NCBI RefSeq assembly: GCF_006345805.1
Contig: NC_043022.1
Location: 7,812,001 to 7,876,000, forward strand
DNA length: 64,000 nt
Direction: 5' to 3'
Origin: Octopus sinensis
Lineage: Eukaryota
Shown here: piece by piece, positions 28,282 to 40,534 of the stretch
Position numbering within the stretch: the stretch's first letter is position 1
Layout: every line of letters starts with the position of its first letter
Program-made: the position numbers and the translations under genes
The notes under the pieces: model-generated
The model's input: the letters and a program-made list of their open reading frames with translations, nothing else
Told to the model about the DNA's origin: nothing
Database searches by the model: none

Positions 28282-28331
<50 letters not shown>

Positions 28332-28895
28332 GGCGGAGAGCTGGCAGAATCGTTAGCGCACCGGGCGAAATGCTTAGCGGTATTTCGTCTGCCGCTACGT
28401 TCTGAGTTCAAATTCCGCCGAGGTCGACTTTGCCTTTCATCTTTTCGGGGTCGATTAAATAAGTACCACTTACACACTGCCGTCGATATAATCAACTTAA
28501 TCCGTTTGTCTGTCTTTGTTTGTCCCCTATGTGTTTAGCCCCTTGTGGGTAGTAAAGAAATGGGTATTACGTCCGTCTTTATGTTCTGAGTTCAAATTCC
28601 TCCGATATCGACTTCGCCGTTCATCCTTTCCGGGTTGATAAATGAAGTATTAGTTGTGTACTGGGGTAGATGTAATCGATTATTAAGGCGGCGAGCTGGC
28701 CGAATCGTTAGCTCGCCTGGCGAAATGCTTAGCAGTATTTCGTCTGCCGTTACGTCCTGAGTTCAAATTCCGCCGAGGTCGGCTTTGCCTTCCATCCTTT
28801 CGGGGTCGAGAAATTAAGTCCCATTTGAGTACTGGGGTCGATCTAATCGACTATCTTCCTCCCCCACCAAATTTCAGGCCTTGAGCCTATAGCAG
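27640..28895 (+). mobile_element. cluster of about six head-to-tail SINE family M monomers
   Basis: Repeated GCAGAATCGTTA heads and GGGGTCGAT cores, some separated by (ATT)n. Confidence 0.85.
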
Positions 28896-29269
28896 AACGG
28901 ATCATTATTACATGCATAAGCAGACCTTTCATTACATAATAGCACACTTTGTTGAACATGGATTTTATTTTTGTCCCTAACGGCCACCACGAATCGAAGT
29001 TCATTATTATTATGGATTTGCTTAATGTGAATGACATCTGAACTGGTGCGAAAACATTTGTATGCACACACAAACATATATACGTTTCCCTTTTTCCCTT
29101 ATATATACGTGTTATATTATTTATGAGCGTGTGATCGCGTATGTGTCATGCGTAACTAAATCTTTCATACAGAATTAGAGACGCGGTGTGTGACACTGTG
29201 CAGAAAATATCTCTCTACGCCTGTTGCACAAATTTCCTTTCTGCCTGCCTGCCTGCCCCACCTCACTCC

Positions 29270-29800
<531 letters not shown>

Positions 29801-30204
29801 TACTGTCATCAATCTCACTGTATGTCTGTCTTTCTGTCTATCAAGGTAATCGAACCGACGTTTCTAAGTAGAAATAAGCTCACACTACTAAGTGCTTCGT
29901 ATGTCAAGCGTTTCAAACAGCATCTGAAAACCAAGTGCAGCTCCTTGCCGTGTGTAACCCAGCTTATTAACTCGGTGAAACTGTTACTAATAAGAGAAGA
30001 AAAGTAATTAAAGCGGGAGTTGCTGCCGTAAAAACCAATGCCTCAGGAAGAGGGAACTCATCAGCCTAAGAAGGACAAACACTACCTTAAAACCTCCGCT
30101 TCTTTGAGGCTAAACTCACTCACACACGAGCTGAATAGATGTTACACAAGGATGCTACGAATGGTCCCAAATGTGAAATGACAGCAATATATGACAAATG
30201 AATG

Positions 30205-30800
30205 CCTATGTTCTTTTCTGCTCTAGGCACAAGGCCCGAAATTTTGGGAGAGGAGGTCAGCCGATTATATCGACCTCAGTACGCAACTCGTACTTAATTT
30301 ATCGACCTCGAAAGGATGAAAGGCAATGTCGACCTCGGCGGAATTTGAACTCAGAACGTAAAGACAGGCGAAATACCTATTTCTTTACTACCCACAAGGG
30401 GCTAAACATAGAAGGGACAAACATGGACAGACCAGACAAACGGATTAAGTCGATTATATCTACGCCAGTGCGTAACTGTTACTTATTTAATCGACCCCGA
30501 AAGGATGAAAGGCAAAATCGACCGCGGCGGAATTTGAACTCAGAACGTAAAGACAGGCGAAATACCTATTTCTTTACTACCCACAAGGGGCTAAACACAG
30601 AGGGGACAAACAAGGACAGACAAACGGATTAAGTCGATTATAACGACCCCAGTGCGTAACTGGTACTTATTTAATCGACCCCGAAAGGATGAAAGGCAAA
30701 GTCGACCTCGGCGGAATTTCAACTCAGAACGTAAAGACAGATGAAATACCGCTAAGCATTTCGCCCGGCCTGCTAACGGTTCTGCCAGCTCGCCGCCTTT
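30205..30800 (-). mobile_element. SINE family M trimer
   Basis: One head at ~30797 and three cores with two identical internal junctions. Confidence 0.88.
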
Positions 30801-30859
30801 ATATGAATGCCTATATTAGCGAGAAGATCAAGTAAAGGCGGCTGCGAGTATCTGGTCAT

Positions 30860-31060
30860 TGCGTGCGCCGCCCTGGGTTGCAAACATCCAAACTAGTCTT
30901 GTGGAACCCACTCCTTGATGAAGTAAGAAAAGGAAAAGATCGTCACCACACTGTCATCGACATGGTTGCAGATGTTGACCTGGAATATATCCAGGACATC
31001 GAGGGTAATGAGGATGGACCAAAGAGTGTGGTAGGCAAACTTTGTTGTTGCGGACCACGT
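30860..31060 (+). mobile_element. RTE-like LINE 3' fragment
   Basis: SKLVLWNPLLDEVRKGKDRHHTVIDMVADVDLE resembles the RTE 'LVLWxPxHGxRxxGRP..YID.L..D' C-terminus. Confidence 0.55.
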
Positions 31061-31129
31061 TGGAACCCGGCTCAGTGAGTTCCGACCTGGGTCACTAACT
31101 GAAAAAAGCATCAAGGTTAAAACTTCTAT

Positions 31130-31330
31130 CTTTTATCTTGTTTCAGTCGTTTGATTGCGGCCATGCTGGGGCAACGCTTTGAAGGGTTTTGAAGAGTTTT
31201 AGTCGCAGTACTTTTTTTTGTTTTTGTTTTTCGATCCTGGTACTTATTCTATTGGTCTTTTTTACCGAACCGCTAAGTTACAGGGACGTAAACAAACAAT
31301 AGTTGTCAAGTTGTGGATGAAGGTACACAT
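31130..31330 (-). mobile_element. SINE family A tail only
   Basis: TTTCAGTCGTTTGATTGCGGCCATGCTGG...CCGAACCGCTAAGTTACAGGGACGTAAAC. Confidence 0.75.
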
Positions 31331-32000
31331 ACGCTCTCACACGCATATACACACTAACACGTACACACACTTCTAGACACATACACTCCCTCATACACAC
31401 ACGCATACACACACATACACGCACTCCCACATGCACACGCATACACACACTTCCACATACATACATCCATTCACACATAGGCACACACTCCCACACACAC
31501 ACGCACATACCCACACATACACACACACAGAGGAGGGTTTTCCACGTTCAAGCCTTGATCGTCCAGTCATTCGACAGTTTCCCCGGACTATATTGTCCAA
31601 TATGTCTTTCTTTAACAGTTTAGCATTTAAACCGACTATTTCAGGCCCAAATATTCTATTTGTTTAAGGCCCAAACCAGCCAGAGATGGCCTCTCACACG
31701 TACCCTACAATGTCACTCTAAATATAAACAACCATATCATCAAAAGCTCGCGGCTCCGAGCTAATGATTTTAACGAAGATTTGGCTGCTATTTCTACGCG
31801 GTTGAACCAACCACGTAAAAGTCCTCTTATCAGCCCGTGATGCTGTTGATGATGATGATGGTGATGGTGGTGTCATAGATTTACATAGCCGTCACTTCCT
31901 TCTATTGTAGCTTTTAAACTGGTGTTAAATGCCCGTTGAAAAATCGTCTGATATCACTTGATTTAAAATGGCGGTAGGTGTTTAAGACAGCCATTTTCAG

Positions 32001-32080
32001 GATAAGGGAAAATATCGCTTTTGCTCTGCCGAAGCTGCTTAACTTCTGGAATGGTTTAGATTCGCCTGGATTTCCTTGTA
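32001..32080 (+). CDS. candidate internal coding exon, phase 2-1: IRENIAFALPKLLNFWNGLDSPGFPC; protein not recognised
   Basis: Acceptor CCATTTTCAG|G, donor GTA|GTAAGC, one open frame across 80 nt. Confidence 0.25.
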
Positions 32081-32649
32081 GTAAGCTTCATAGAGCCGAT
32101 AGAAAGATTTTCTCGTGATTTTGGCATCTGCTTTTGATAATATTGGAATAGATTTTCATTTAAATGGGAGGTTTAAGTTAAAGCTATTTCATTACATAGC
32201 AAACAATTTTGATAGAGAAGTAGCTTAAGGTTAAAGATTTTGTCGCAGTTGTTGTTGTTGTTGGAGTTGGTGACGGTGGTGTTTAGTTTCATCGATTTAT
32301 CGTCGAAGAAAGCTTTCATATGGCTTCGGAAATCCAATCCGAATTAAACGTTAAGTTCTTGTTGTTGAGTAAAATGTGTATGTCTTACGTATATAATAGA
32401 AAATAGTAAAAATAAAACCCAGAGATTAGTTACACGGATCTAGGATCAAGAGGTTTGAGCATAATTATCGAGCGAAATATTCGAAAGCACACACATTTAA
32501 GAAGACAGCGATAATAGAAATAGAAGTAAGAATAATGATAAAAATAATTCTGTTTTAGTTATAAGAGACGAAAAGAAACATTTGACAACACACAGACAAA
32601 GGAGAGTGGAGATTTACTTAAACCTGTGTAAACAGTTATGATTTCAAAT

Positions 32650-33010
32650 TTTGGCACAAGGCCATTTCTGGGGGAAGGGGATAGGTCGATTACATCGACC
32701 CCAGTGTTCAGCCGGTATTTATTTTATTGACCCTGAAAGGATGAAAGGCAAAGTCGATCTTGGCGGAATTTGGTGTTGGAACAACAACAATAATAATAAT
32801 CCTTTCTACAAAAGGCACGAGGTCTGAAATCGTGGGTGGGGGGAGGACTAGACGAGCACATCGACCACAGTGTTTCACCGATACTCAATTCATCAACCTC
32901 CGAAAGGCAAAGTCGACCTCAGTGGAATTTGAACCCAGGAAGTAGATATTGACGAAATACGGCTAAGCATTACGCCCGGCGTGCTGACGATTCTGCTAGC
33001 TCGCAGCTTT
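32650..33010 (-). mobile_element. two SINE family M copies
   Basis: GACCCTGAAAGGATGAAAGGCAAAGTCGA core; head CTAGCTCGC at ~33003. Confidence 0.75.
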
Positions 33011-33065
33011 AGCAACCTTAGAAGCAGCAGCAACAGCAGTAGTAGTAGTAGTAGTAGTAATGACT

Positions 33066-33800
33066 TCTTTATTAGCCATAAGGGCTTACATTAAGAAAAA
33101 CATTATGGACAGCACAGGAGAAAAAAATATATGTGCTGTTGTTGTGAGGGTTTTGTGTGTAAACAAGACCAACAAAACTTGAAAAATTCAACAATGTGTG
33201 ATCCTCAATGGGGAGTAGAAGAAATACCCCATAAAAAACCCATGGGTACCCTGACTTTTAGGGCAAGTGCCTTTTTACCTTTCCGTTTTTCCAACTACAG
33301 GCGTCAGCTCAGAGCAGGCCTGTTCTCTCGCACCATTCTCGCCACTTTCATCCACCTTTCAGCAAACTGGCTAGAAGACACGATTTCCCTCTCTACCCTT
33401 TTCAAAGAGAAAAGTGTTTGTCTTCAGCCCCTTCAACCTCGTCCATACAACCTCTTTCGCCATGACCTCCAGGCATATAAACACAGCCTTTCCTTCCTGG
33501 TTAAAGGAAAGCGGCGGGGAGATCTTCACGATGGATTCAGTTGATAACCGGATCCGTCATACATGCGACAGCAGATGCTCGACATCAATCCACAGGTTAG
33601 CAATGCTCGGGTACTGGACGAGTGCATGCAGGACTGTCTCGTCGTCCTACACGCATCTCGGACATGCTCCGCTGGCGGCACTTCCGTGCCTTTGAAGTTT
33701 ATCTCGAATAAGCAAAGCTCCCTGGTAGCACTGACAGGCCAGAGATTTTTGGAAATTATCCATCGGCGGGGCCGATGGATAATTTCCAATAGATTCTCTC
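33066..33800 (-). mobile_element. L1/Tx1-like LINE 3' end with zinc-knuckle region
   Basis: DNFQKSLACQCYQGALLIRDKLQRHGSAASGACPRCVQDDETVLHALVQ; ends AGCCCTTATGGCTAATAAAGAA then (ACT)n. Confidence 0.85.
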
Positions 33801-33844
33801 CACCCCACAGATGTTATCCGAGGGAAAGGCAAAGACCGACACAG

Positions 33845-33915
33845 CTTAGTTCAGGAATCGAACTCACTACCTTATAATTGTGAGCCTGGCACTCTAACCA
33901 CTGAGCCTTGCGCAT
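33845..33915 (-). mobile_element. tRNA-derived SINE head (family C-like)
   Basis: GCGCAAGGCTCAGTGGTTAGAGTG...GAGTTCGATTCC (A and B boxes). Confidence 0.65.
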
Positions 33916-35044
33916 ATATATATATATATTTATATTAGGTAATAGCTAACAGTCGGCTGGAAGAAAAGTAAAAAAGCAGTCGAGATCTGTTTGCTTACAC
34001 GCTATTCCCGTTTCGTGGGCTTTTAAAGGCTTTCAAGACCAATAGGGGTTTTTCGATGTTTCCTCCATTATGATTAAGTTCTGTAATCCTTAAAAGCTTT
34101 GCGTTCGTTGATGCAGACTGTGCAAAGAGAGGCAGAAAACGGGCGGGCACACGAAAGCGAGAAAGTCGGAGGAAGAGCGAATGGGGGAATAGTTGGAGAG
34201 AAAGAGAGGGGTGGGGTAGTATGTTGAGAGAAAAGAGAAATAAATTGTATGGAGCGGAAAGAGGGGAATGGAGAGCAAGTAGGAAATGAATGGTAAGGAA
34301 TGAGAAGTCGAGGGAGAGTGTGGAGGAGGAGAAATATAGGGAGAACATGCAGGAATTAAGAAAGGAAGAATGATGAGAGAGGGGGAAATAAAGTGAGAGC
34401 ATGCAGAGAGAGAGAGAGAAAGAAAGAGAGGAGAGAGAGGTAAGGGAGATAAAGTTGAAGGAGAGAGAGGGAGAAAGAAACAAAGGGAGAACATACAGAG
34501 ATTTTCAAAGAGAGAGGGAGAGAAGAATAAAGTGAATAAAAGCAGAAAAAGAGGGAGAGGGAGAGAGAAGAAGAATGTGAGAGCAAGCAGAAAAATGAGG
34601 GGGAGAGGGAGAGACAACAAAGAGTGGGGAGACGGAGAGAGAGAGAGAGGGAAACGGAGAGAAATGAAGATAAAGCATGCAGAGAAATATGAACAAAAAA
34701 TTGTCAATTCGTATAGCGAGAGAGAGAGAGAGAGAGGGAGAGAAATAAAGGAAGAGAGTGTAGGAAAAGAGAACGAAAGAGCGAGGGAGAGAGAGAGAGA
34801 TCAAAAGTGAAAATGAAAGTAAGGTCCCGTTGCTGGAAATGTAAATGATTTAGAAAGAAGTCCAAGAGAGATTTACGAGATTCATTGATATAAAACAATT
34901 TTTTTTAAATACGGTAGAAGGGACAAAAATGGTTCTTAGTAAATATAAATAGAATTAAAACAGAAAAAAATGGTCGACAAAACCGAGCGAACCATTCAAG
35001 CAGATTAGCGTCAATTCACGCAAATCACCGTAAAATACTGGAAG

Positions 35045-35803
35045 AATCTATTTATCTATCTGTCCATCGATCTATATGTTTATCTATCTATCGATCTATA
35101 TGTTTATCTGTTTATCGATCTATCTATGTTTGTCTATCTATCTATGTGTTTATCTATGCATCAATCTATGTTTATCTATCGATCTATCTATAAGTTTGTC
35201 TATCGATCTATCTATCTATCGCTATATCTATCTATCTATCTATCTATAAGTTCGTCTATCTATCTATCGATCTATCTATATGCTTCTCTATCAATCTATT
35301 GACCTATTTATGTGTTTGTCTATCTATCTATCGATCAATCATTCTGTCTATCTATCTATCTATCTATCTATTGATTGATCGATCTATCTGTGTTTGTCTA
35401 TCTATCCATCTATCTATCTGTCTGTCTGTATATCTATCCATCTATCTATCTAACCATCTATCTATCTATCCATCAGTCTATCTATCCATCAGTCTATCTA
35501 TCTATCTATCTATCTATGTGTTTGTCTATCTATCGATCGATCTGTGTTTATGTATCTAATAGATCGATCTATTTGTTTGTCTATCTATCGATCGATCTAT
35601 GTGTTTGTCTATTTATCGATCGATCGATCTATCTGTTTATCTATCTATCGATCGATCGATCTTTGTGTTTGTTTATTTATCGATCTATGTGTTTGTCTAT
35701 CCATCTACCGATCTGTGTGCTTGTCTATCTATCTACTTATCTACCTATCTCTGTGGCTGTCAGTCTATTTGTCTGTCTATCCATCTATCTACCTTTTTAT
35801 CCA

Positions 35804-35830
<27 letters not shown>
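35045..35830. repeat. compound (CTAT)n/(CGAT)n array
   Basis: Direct reading. Confidence 0.9.
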
Positions 35831-35839
<9 letters not shown>

Positions 35840-36011
35840 TATCTCGGTATCTATTATATATGTATGTGCATGTATTCGTATATGTGTGCATATATAATGT
35901 GTGTATATATGTGTCTATATATGTCTGTATATATATATGTGTGTGTGTGTACAGATATATATATTTAAATATACTATATAATGTGTGCGTATATATTTAG
36001 ATATTCATATG

Positions 36012-36067
<56 letters not shown>

Positions 36068-36365
36068 CACAGTGTGTGTAGATGTATATTTTTAAATATG
36101 TATATATATATATATATAAATGCAAAGTCACTTTGATCCGCGAAAGAGAGGTGCAGCCAATGGTAAGTATCCAAGAGGTAAAGAAAATCCAAGGTAGAGG
36201 TAAGTGTTGATAGTGGTATTGGTAGAATATAGGATGAAATTGAGACCACGTGAGCGCATAATATATAACGGGAAGCTTTATGAAAATAGACAAAAGACGA
36301 AGGCAGGTGGAAAACAAACGAACAATTGTATTAGTATGGCGCTCAGGAAATATAAATAAAACAAG

Positions 36366-36403
36366 TCTTTAACGTTTCGAGCCTACGCTCTTCAACAGAA
36401 AGA
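36366..36403 (-). ncRNA. minimal hammerhead-like motif with variant core
   Basis: TCTTT-CTGTTGAA-GAGC gtag GCTC-GAAAC-GTT-AAAGA. Confidence 0.5.
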
Positions 36404-36574
36404 TACACAGAGAGAAAAAACACAGAAGAAAGGAAGAGAAAAAATGCGTGCAGTAGCTAACGAATCAACATGGCGATCTGATTTCGGCCAGAGGTCAAAG
36501 ATCAAACATGAGACGCGAGAGCGAAATAAGGGGAGATAATAGGGTTGATAATAGGGTTAAAGGACCAGCTAATA

Positions 36575-36900
36575 GTGCGTAGGAGGGGTCTGGACGTGTG
36601 TATGTATAGGGTTGGTGTATGTATTAGTATGTATAAGGGTGTGTGTGTGTGTGTATGAGGGAGTATTAGTGCGTAGGATTGGTCTGGACGTGCGTATGTA
36701 TGGGGTTGGTGTATGTATTAGTATGTATTAGTATGTATTAGTACGTATTAGTATGTATAAGTGTGTGTGTGTGTGTATGAGAGAGTATAAGTGCGTATGA
36801 GGGGTCTGGACGTGTGTATGTATAGGGTTGGTGTATGTATTAGTATGTATTAGTATGTATTAGTACGTATTAGTATGTATTAGTTGGTGTATGTATTAGT
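36575..36900. repeat. three ~93-120-bp tandem units inside the Penelope 3' region
   Basis: GTGCGTA..GGTCTGGACGTG.GTATGTAT.GGGTTGGTGTATGTATTAG occurs three times. Confidence 0.85.
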
Positions 36901-37406
36901 ATGGCACATCATATATGATGTGATGTGTAAAGTCGTGTGGTGTAGTGAGGAGAAAAGGGGGAGGGGGAGAAGAGGGGGGAGAGAAGGGGAGGGGGAAGAG
37001 GAGAGGATGGGGGAGAGAGAGGAAGGGGAGGGGGGAGGAAGGAGGAAAGAGGGAGAGGGGAGAGAGAAGTGAAGTGAGGGAGTGAGGGAGCAGAGGGAAG
37101 GGGAAGAGGGAAGGAGGGAGGGAGAAAGAGGGAAGAAGGGAAGGGGAGTAGGGGTGAAAGGATGAAGGACTGAAGAAGTAGGGGTCGGGGGGAAAGGATA
37201 GGTGAGGAGGGGGGAGAGTTGAGACCAAATGGCGTATAAGAGCGAAGAGAGAAGATTAATTCCTGTTCACGGCGCAAACGGGAATCCGGATGGCCTCTGT
37301 GTAAGGACAAACCGAACACAGATAGGTAGATCGCCATGTTGATTCGTTAGCTACTGCACGCATTTTTTTTCTCTCCTTCTTTCTGTGTTTTTTTTCTCTC
37401 TGTGTA

Positions 37407-37444
37407 TCTTTCTGTTGAAGAGCGTAGGCTCGAAACGTTAAAGA
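37407..37444 (+). ncRNA. minimal hammerhead-like motif, inverted duplicate
   Basis: Same 38 nt as 36366-36403, on the opposite strand. Confidence 0.5.
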
Positions 37445-37886
37445 CTTGTTTTATTTATATTTCCTGAGCGCCATACTAATACAATTGTTCGTTTGTTTTC
37501 CACCTGCCTTCGTCTTTTGTCTATTTTCATAAAGCTTCCCGTTATATATATATATATATATATATACAACGTGTGTCTATGTATATATTTCAATATATAT
37601 ACAGTGTATGTATGTGTATGTATTTAAATATATATACAGTTCATGTATATGTATATATTTAAATATATATATATATGTGTGTATATGTATATATTATTTA
37701 TATGTTTGTGTATATATATATATATATATACACACACAAAAATTTAATATATGTATATAATATATATCTATATATATATCTATATATATATATATATATA
37801 ATATTAGAAAAAATGAGGTAATCAGATCAATATAATACCTGTACATCATCTCAAACCTCCGATATATAATATATATATATATATAT

Positions 37887-37943
<57 letters not shown>

Positions 37944-37956
37944 TATATATATAATA

Positions 37957-38343
37957 GGCGCAGGAGTGGCTGTGTGGTAAGTACTTACTTACCAACCACA
38001 TGGTTCCGGGTTCAGTCCCACTACATGGCACCTTGGGCAAGTGCCTTCTACTATAGCCTCGGGCCGGCCAAATCCTTGTGAGTGGATTTTGTAGACGGAA
38101 ACTGAAAGAAGCCCGTCGTATATATGTATACATATATGTGTGTGTTTGTGTGTCTGTGTTTGTCCCCCCAACATTGCTTGACAACCGATGCTGGTGTGTT
38201 TACGTCCCCGTAACTTAGCGGATCGGCAAAAGAAACCGATAGAATGAGTACTAGGCTTACAAAGAATAAGTCCTGGGGTCCCTTGCTCGACTAAAGGCGG
38301 TGCTCCAGCATGGCCGCAGTCAAATGACTGAAACAAGTAAAAG
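37957..38343 (+). mobile_element. SINE family A, full length
   Basis: GGCGCAGGAGTGGCTGTGTGGTAAG head through ...GACTGAAACAAGTAAAAG. Confidence 0.92.
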
Positions 38344-38355
38344 ACATACATATAC

Positions 38356-38403
<48 letters not shown>

Positions 38404-39119
38404 ATATATATTGTGTGTGTGTGGAGTCTATCAATCTCTTTATCTATGTTATATCTATCAATCAGTCGTGGAATCTATTTATCTTTTATATTCATCTATC
38501 GATTTATATATTGTATCTTTTGCATTCTAATCTAAGTCTGTCTATGTCTATCCAATTTGTTTTCTCTCTCTATATATATACACACATACTCATTCACACA
38601 CCGAAACACGCGCACGTTTGCATGTGAGTATATGCTACATATGTATACACACACATACACACGGTCGTCTGCTTTTCTATCAGTTTATGTCTTATTGTAG
38701 ATTTAAATGTTTGCTTTTCTCAATTTCAATCTAATTATCTGCATCCTCATTATTATTCATTATTGTTTAACATACACACAGACAGCACACAGGTCATAAA
38801 CGCGTAACCAAATCACACGCGCGTGTGTATGTGTATCTATCTATCTATCTATCTACTATCTATCTATCTATCTATCTAATCTATCTATCTATCTATATCT
38901 ATAATCTATATATATATATATATAATATATAATATATATATATGTGTGTGTTTGTGTGTGTGTGTGTGTATATATGTGTGTTGTGTATAATGTATATAAT
39001 GTGTTTGTGTGTGTGTATATGTGTGTGTGTGTATATATTTACATATAACTACATAATGTGTGTATATATGTTATTTTTGTATATGTATATATGCGTGAGC
39101 ATATGTATATAAATGTGTG

Positions 39120-39157
<38 letters not shown>

Positions 39158-39327
39158 TATATATATATATACATATATATATATATGTACATGTGTGTAT
39201 AGATATGCATATAAATGTTTAAATCTGTGTTTATATAAACGCTTGTGTATATATATATACGTATATATGTATACACACACACATATATTGTATATATACA
39301 TATATGTATATGTTTCTGGATTGTGTA

Positions 39328-39373
<46 letters not shown>

Positions 39374-39769
39374 CATACACACAGGTATTCTGCGTATGTT
39401 ATCATAAACAAGAGACAATATAGAAAGATGTGCGGAACCAAACAGAAATAACAATAATAGTAAGAGGAAGAAGAATAGCAAGCATCTCAGAAAGAAAAAA
39501 CAAACAATGCAATATTATAACAGATAGGTGTAGAAAACGCTGCGGATGGTGATGAAGGGATACGAAACCTTTGGGTGGACTCTCCCAGGTGTTAACGATT
39601 AAAGGTAGGAAGAAACTGTGTCGGTATTCAAAGGTATGTATAAATAAATGGTGTGTGTGTGTGTGTATGTGAGTGAGAGGTGGAACAAAAGGTGTCAGGA
39701 AACAAAGAGTAAAATTAGGCAAAAGACTGGCATATATACACAGTTGTGTGTGTGTGTGTGGCTCATACC

Positions 39770-39965
39770 TTGTATTTGTTTCAGTCATTAGACCGCGGCC
39801 AGGCTGGGGCACCGCTTTGAATTTTTTGAGTCGAATGAATTGATCCCAGTATTTGATTCTTTTTTTCTTTTTAACCTGGTATTTAGTGTATCGGCTTCTT
39901 TTCTCGAAACGTTAGATTACGGGTAAGCAACCACACCAACACCGGTTGTCAAACGATGGGGTGGG
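39770..39965 (-). mobile_element. SINE family A tail only
   Basis: TTTCAGTCATTAGACCGCGGCCAGGCTGGGGCACCGC...GGTTGTCAAACGATG. Confidence 0.7.
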
Positions 39966-39992
39966 ACACACATACACACACTCATATATATA

Positions 39993-40201
39993 GAGGGTGG
40001 ACCAAACGTAGATTTACAGTTATTCAACTATCTCTTTCGCATTCATATATTAACAGTTTAGATCTTAATTATAAAAAAAATATGAAACCCTTATTCTATG
40101 CTAATTTAGTTAATTGTAAGATAGAATTTTAAATGTAATAAAATGTTTTAAAAGTAATTTAAAGTGCCTACATGATAACTGTAAACCTACTGTTAGGCCA
40201 C
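39993..40201. mobile_element. Tc1/mariner-derived MITE
   Basis: Imperfect TIRs GTGGACCAAACGTAGATTTACAGTTATT and, reverse-complemented, GTGGCCTAACAGTAGGTTTACAGTTATC; TA flanks. Confidence 0.7.
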
Positions 40202-40235
40202 TATATACATACATACATATACATATATATATATA

Positions 40236-40534
40236 CTAGCAGTATCGCCCGGCGTTGCTCGGGTTTGTAAGGGAAATAACTATATAAGCATTTTAGAGAG
40301 TTACTTCCCTTATATAATAGCAAAAAAAATGCATTAAAAATGGGGAAAAATTATGCTAAATTTTTTTTTAAATCGTAGACTCATTGTAGACGCGCGCTAA
40401 TACCCAGAAGGGCTCGATATGAATCACGACTATAAGATACCCGCTTTTGGTTAAACTGCACCGCAAAATGTGGGAGTAGTTAGGAATCTAAATCGTAGGA
40501 GACAGACACACAACTTCACTTTTATATATAAAGA
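40236..40534 (-). mobile_element. non-autonomous Helitron, short form
   Basis: 5' TC, 3' CTAG, identical terminal hairpin, A^T insertion; colinear with 651-1284. Confidence 0.9.

Larger units (their letters stand above)
36261..37549 (-). mobile_element. 5'-truncated Penelope-like element with inverted duplicate of its 3' terminus
   Basis: GIY-YIG C-terminal motif RLRREQELIFSLRSYTPFGLNS (ORF 36909-37337, -). Near-perfect ~220-bp inverted arms at 36261-36479 and 37328-37549. Confidence 0.88.

Noticed and set aside
31612-31775. piggyBac-type MITE left end (TTAA-CAGTTTAGCATT)
   Set aside because: No matching right terminus is in the window, so the superfamily cannot be supported from the sequence alone.
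36930-37220. G-rich tract as a functional G-quadruplex
   Set aside because: It is a low-complexity purine tract inside a TE 3' region; nothing indicates function.
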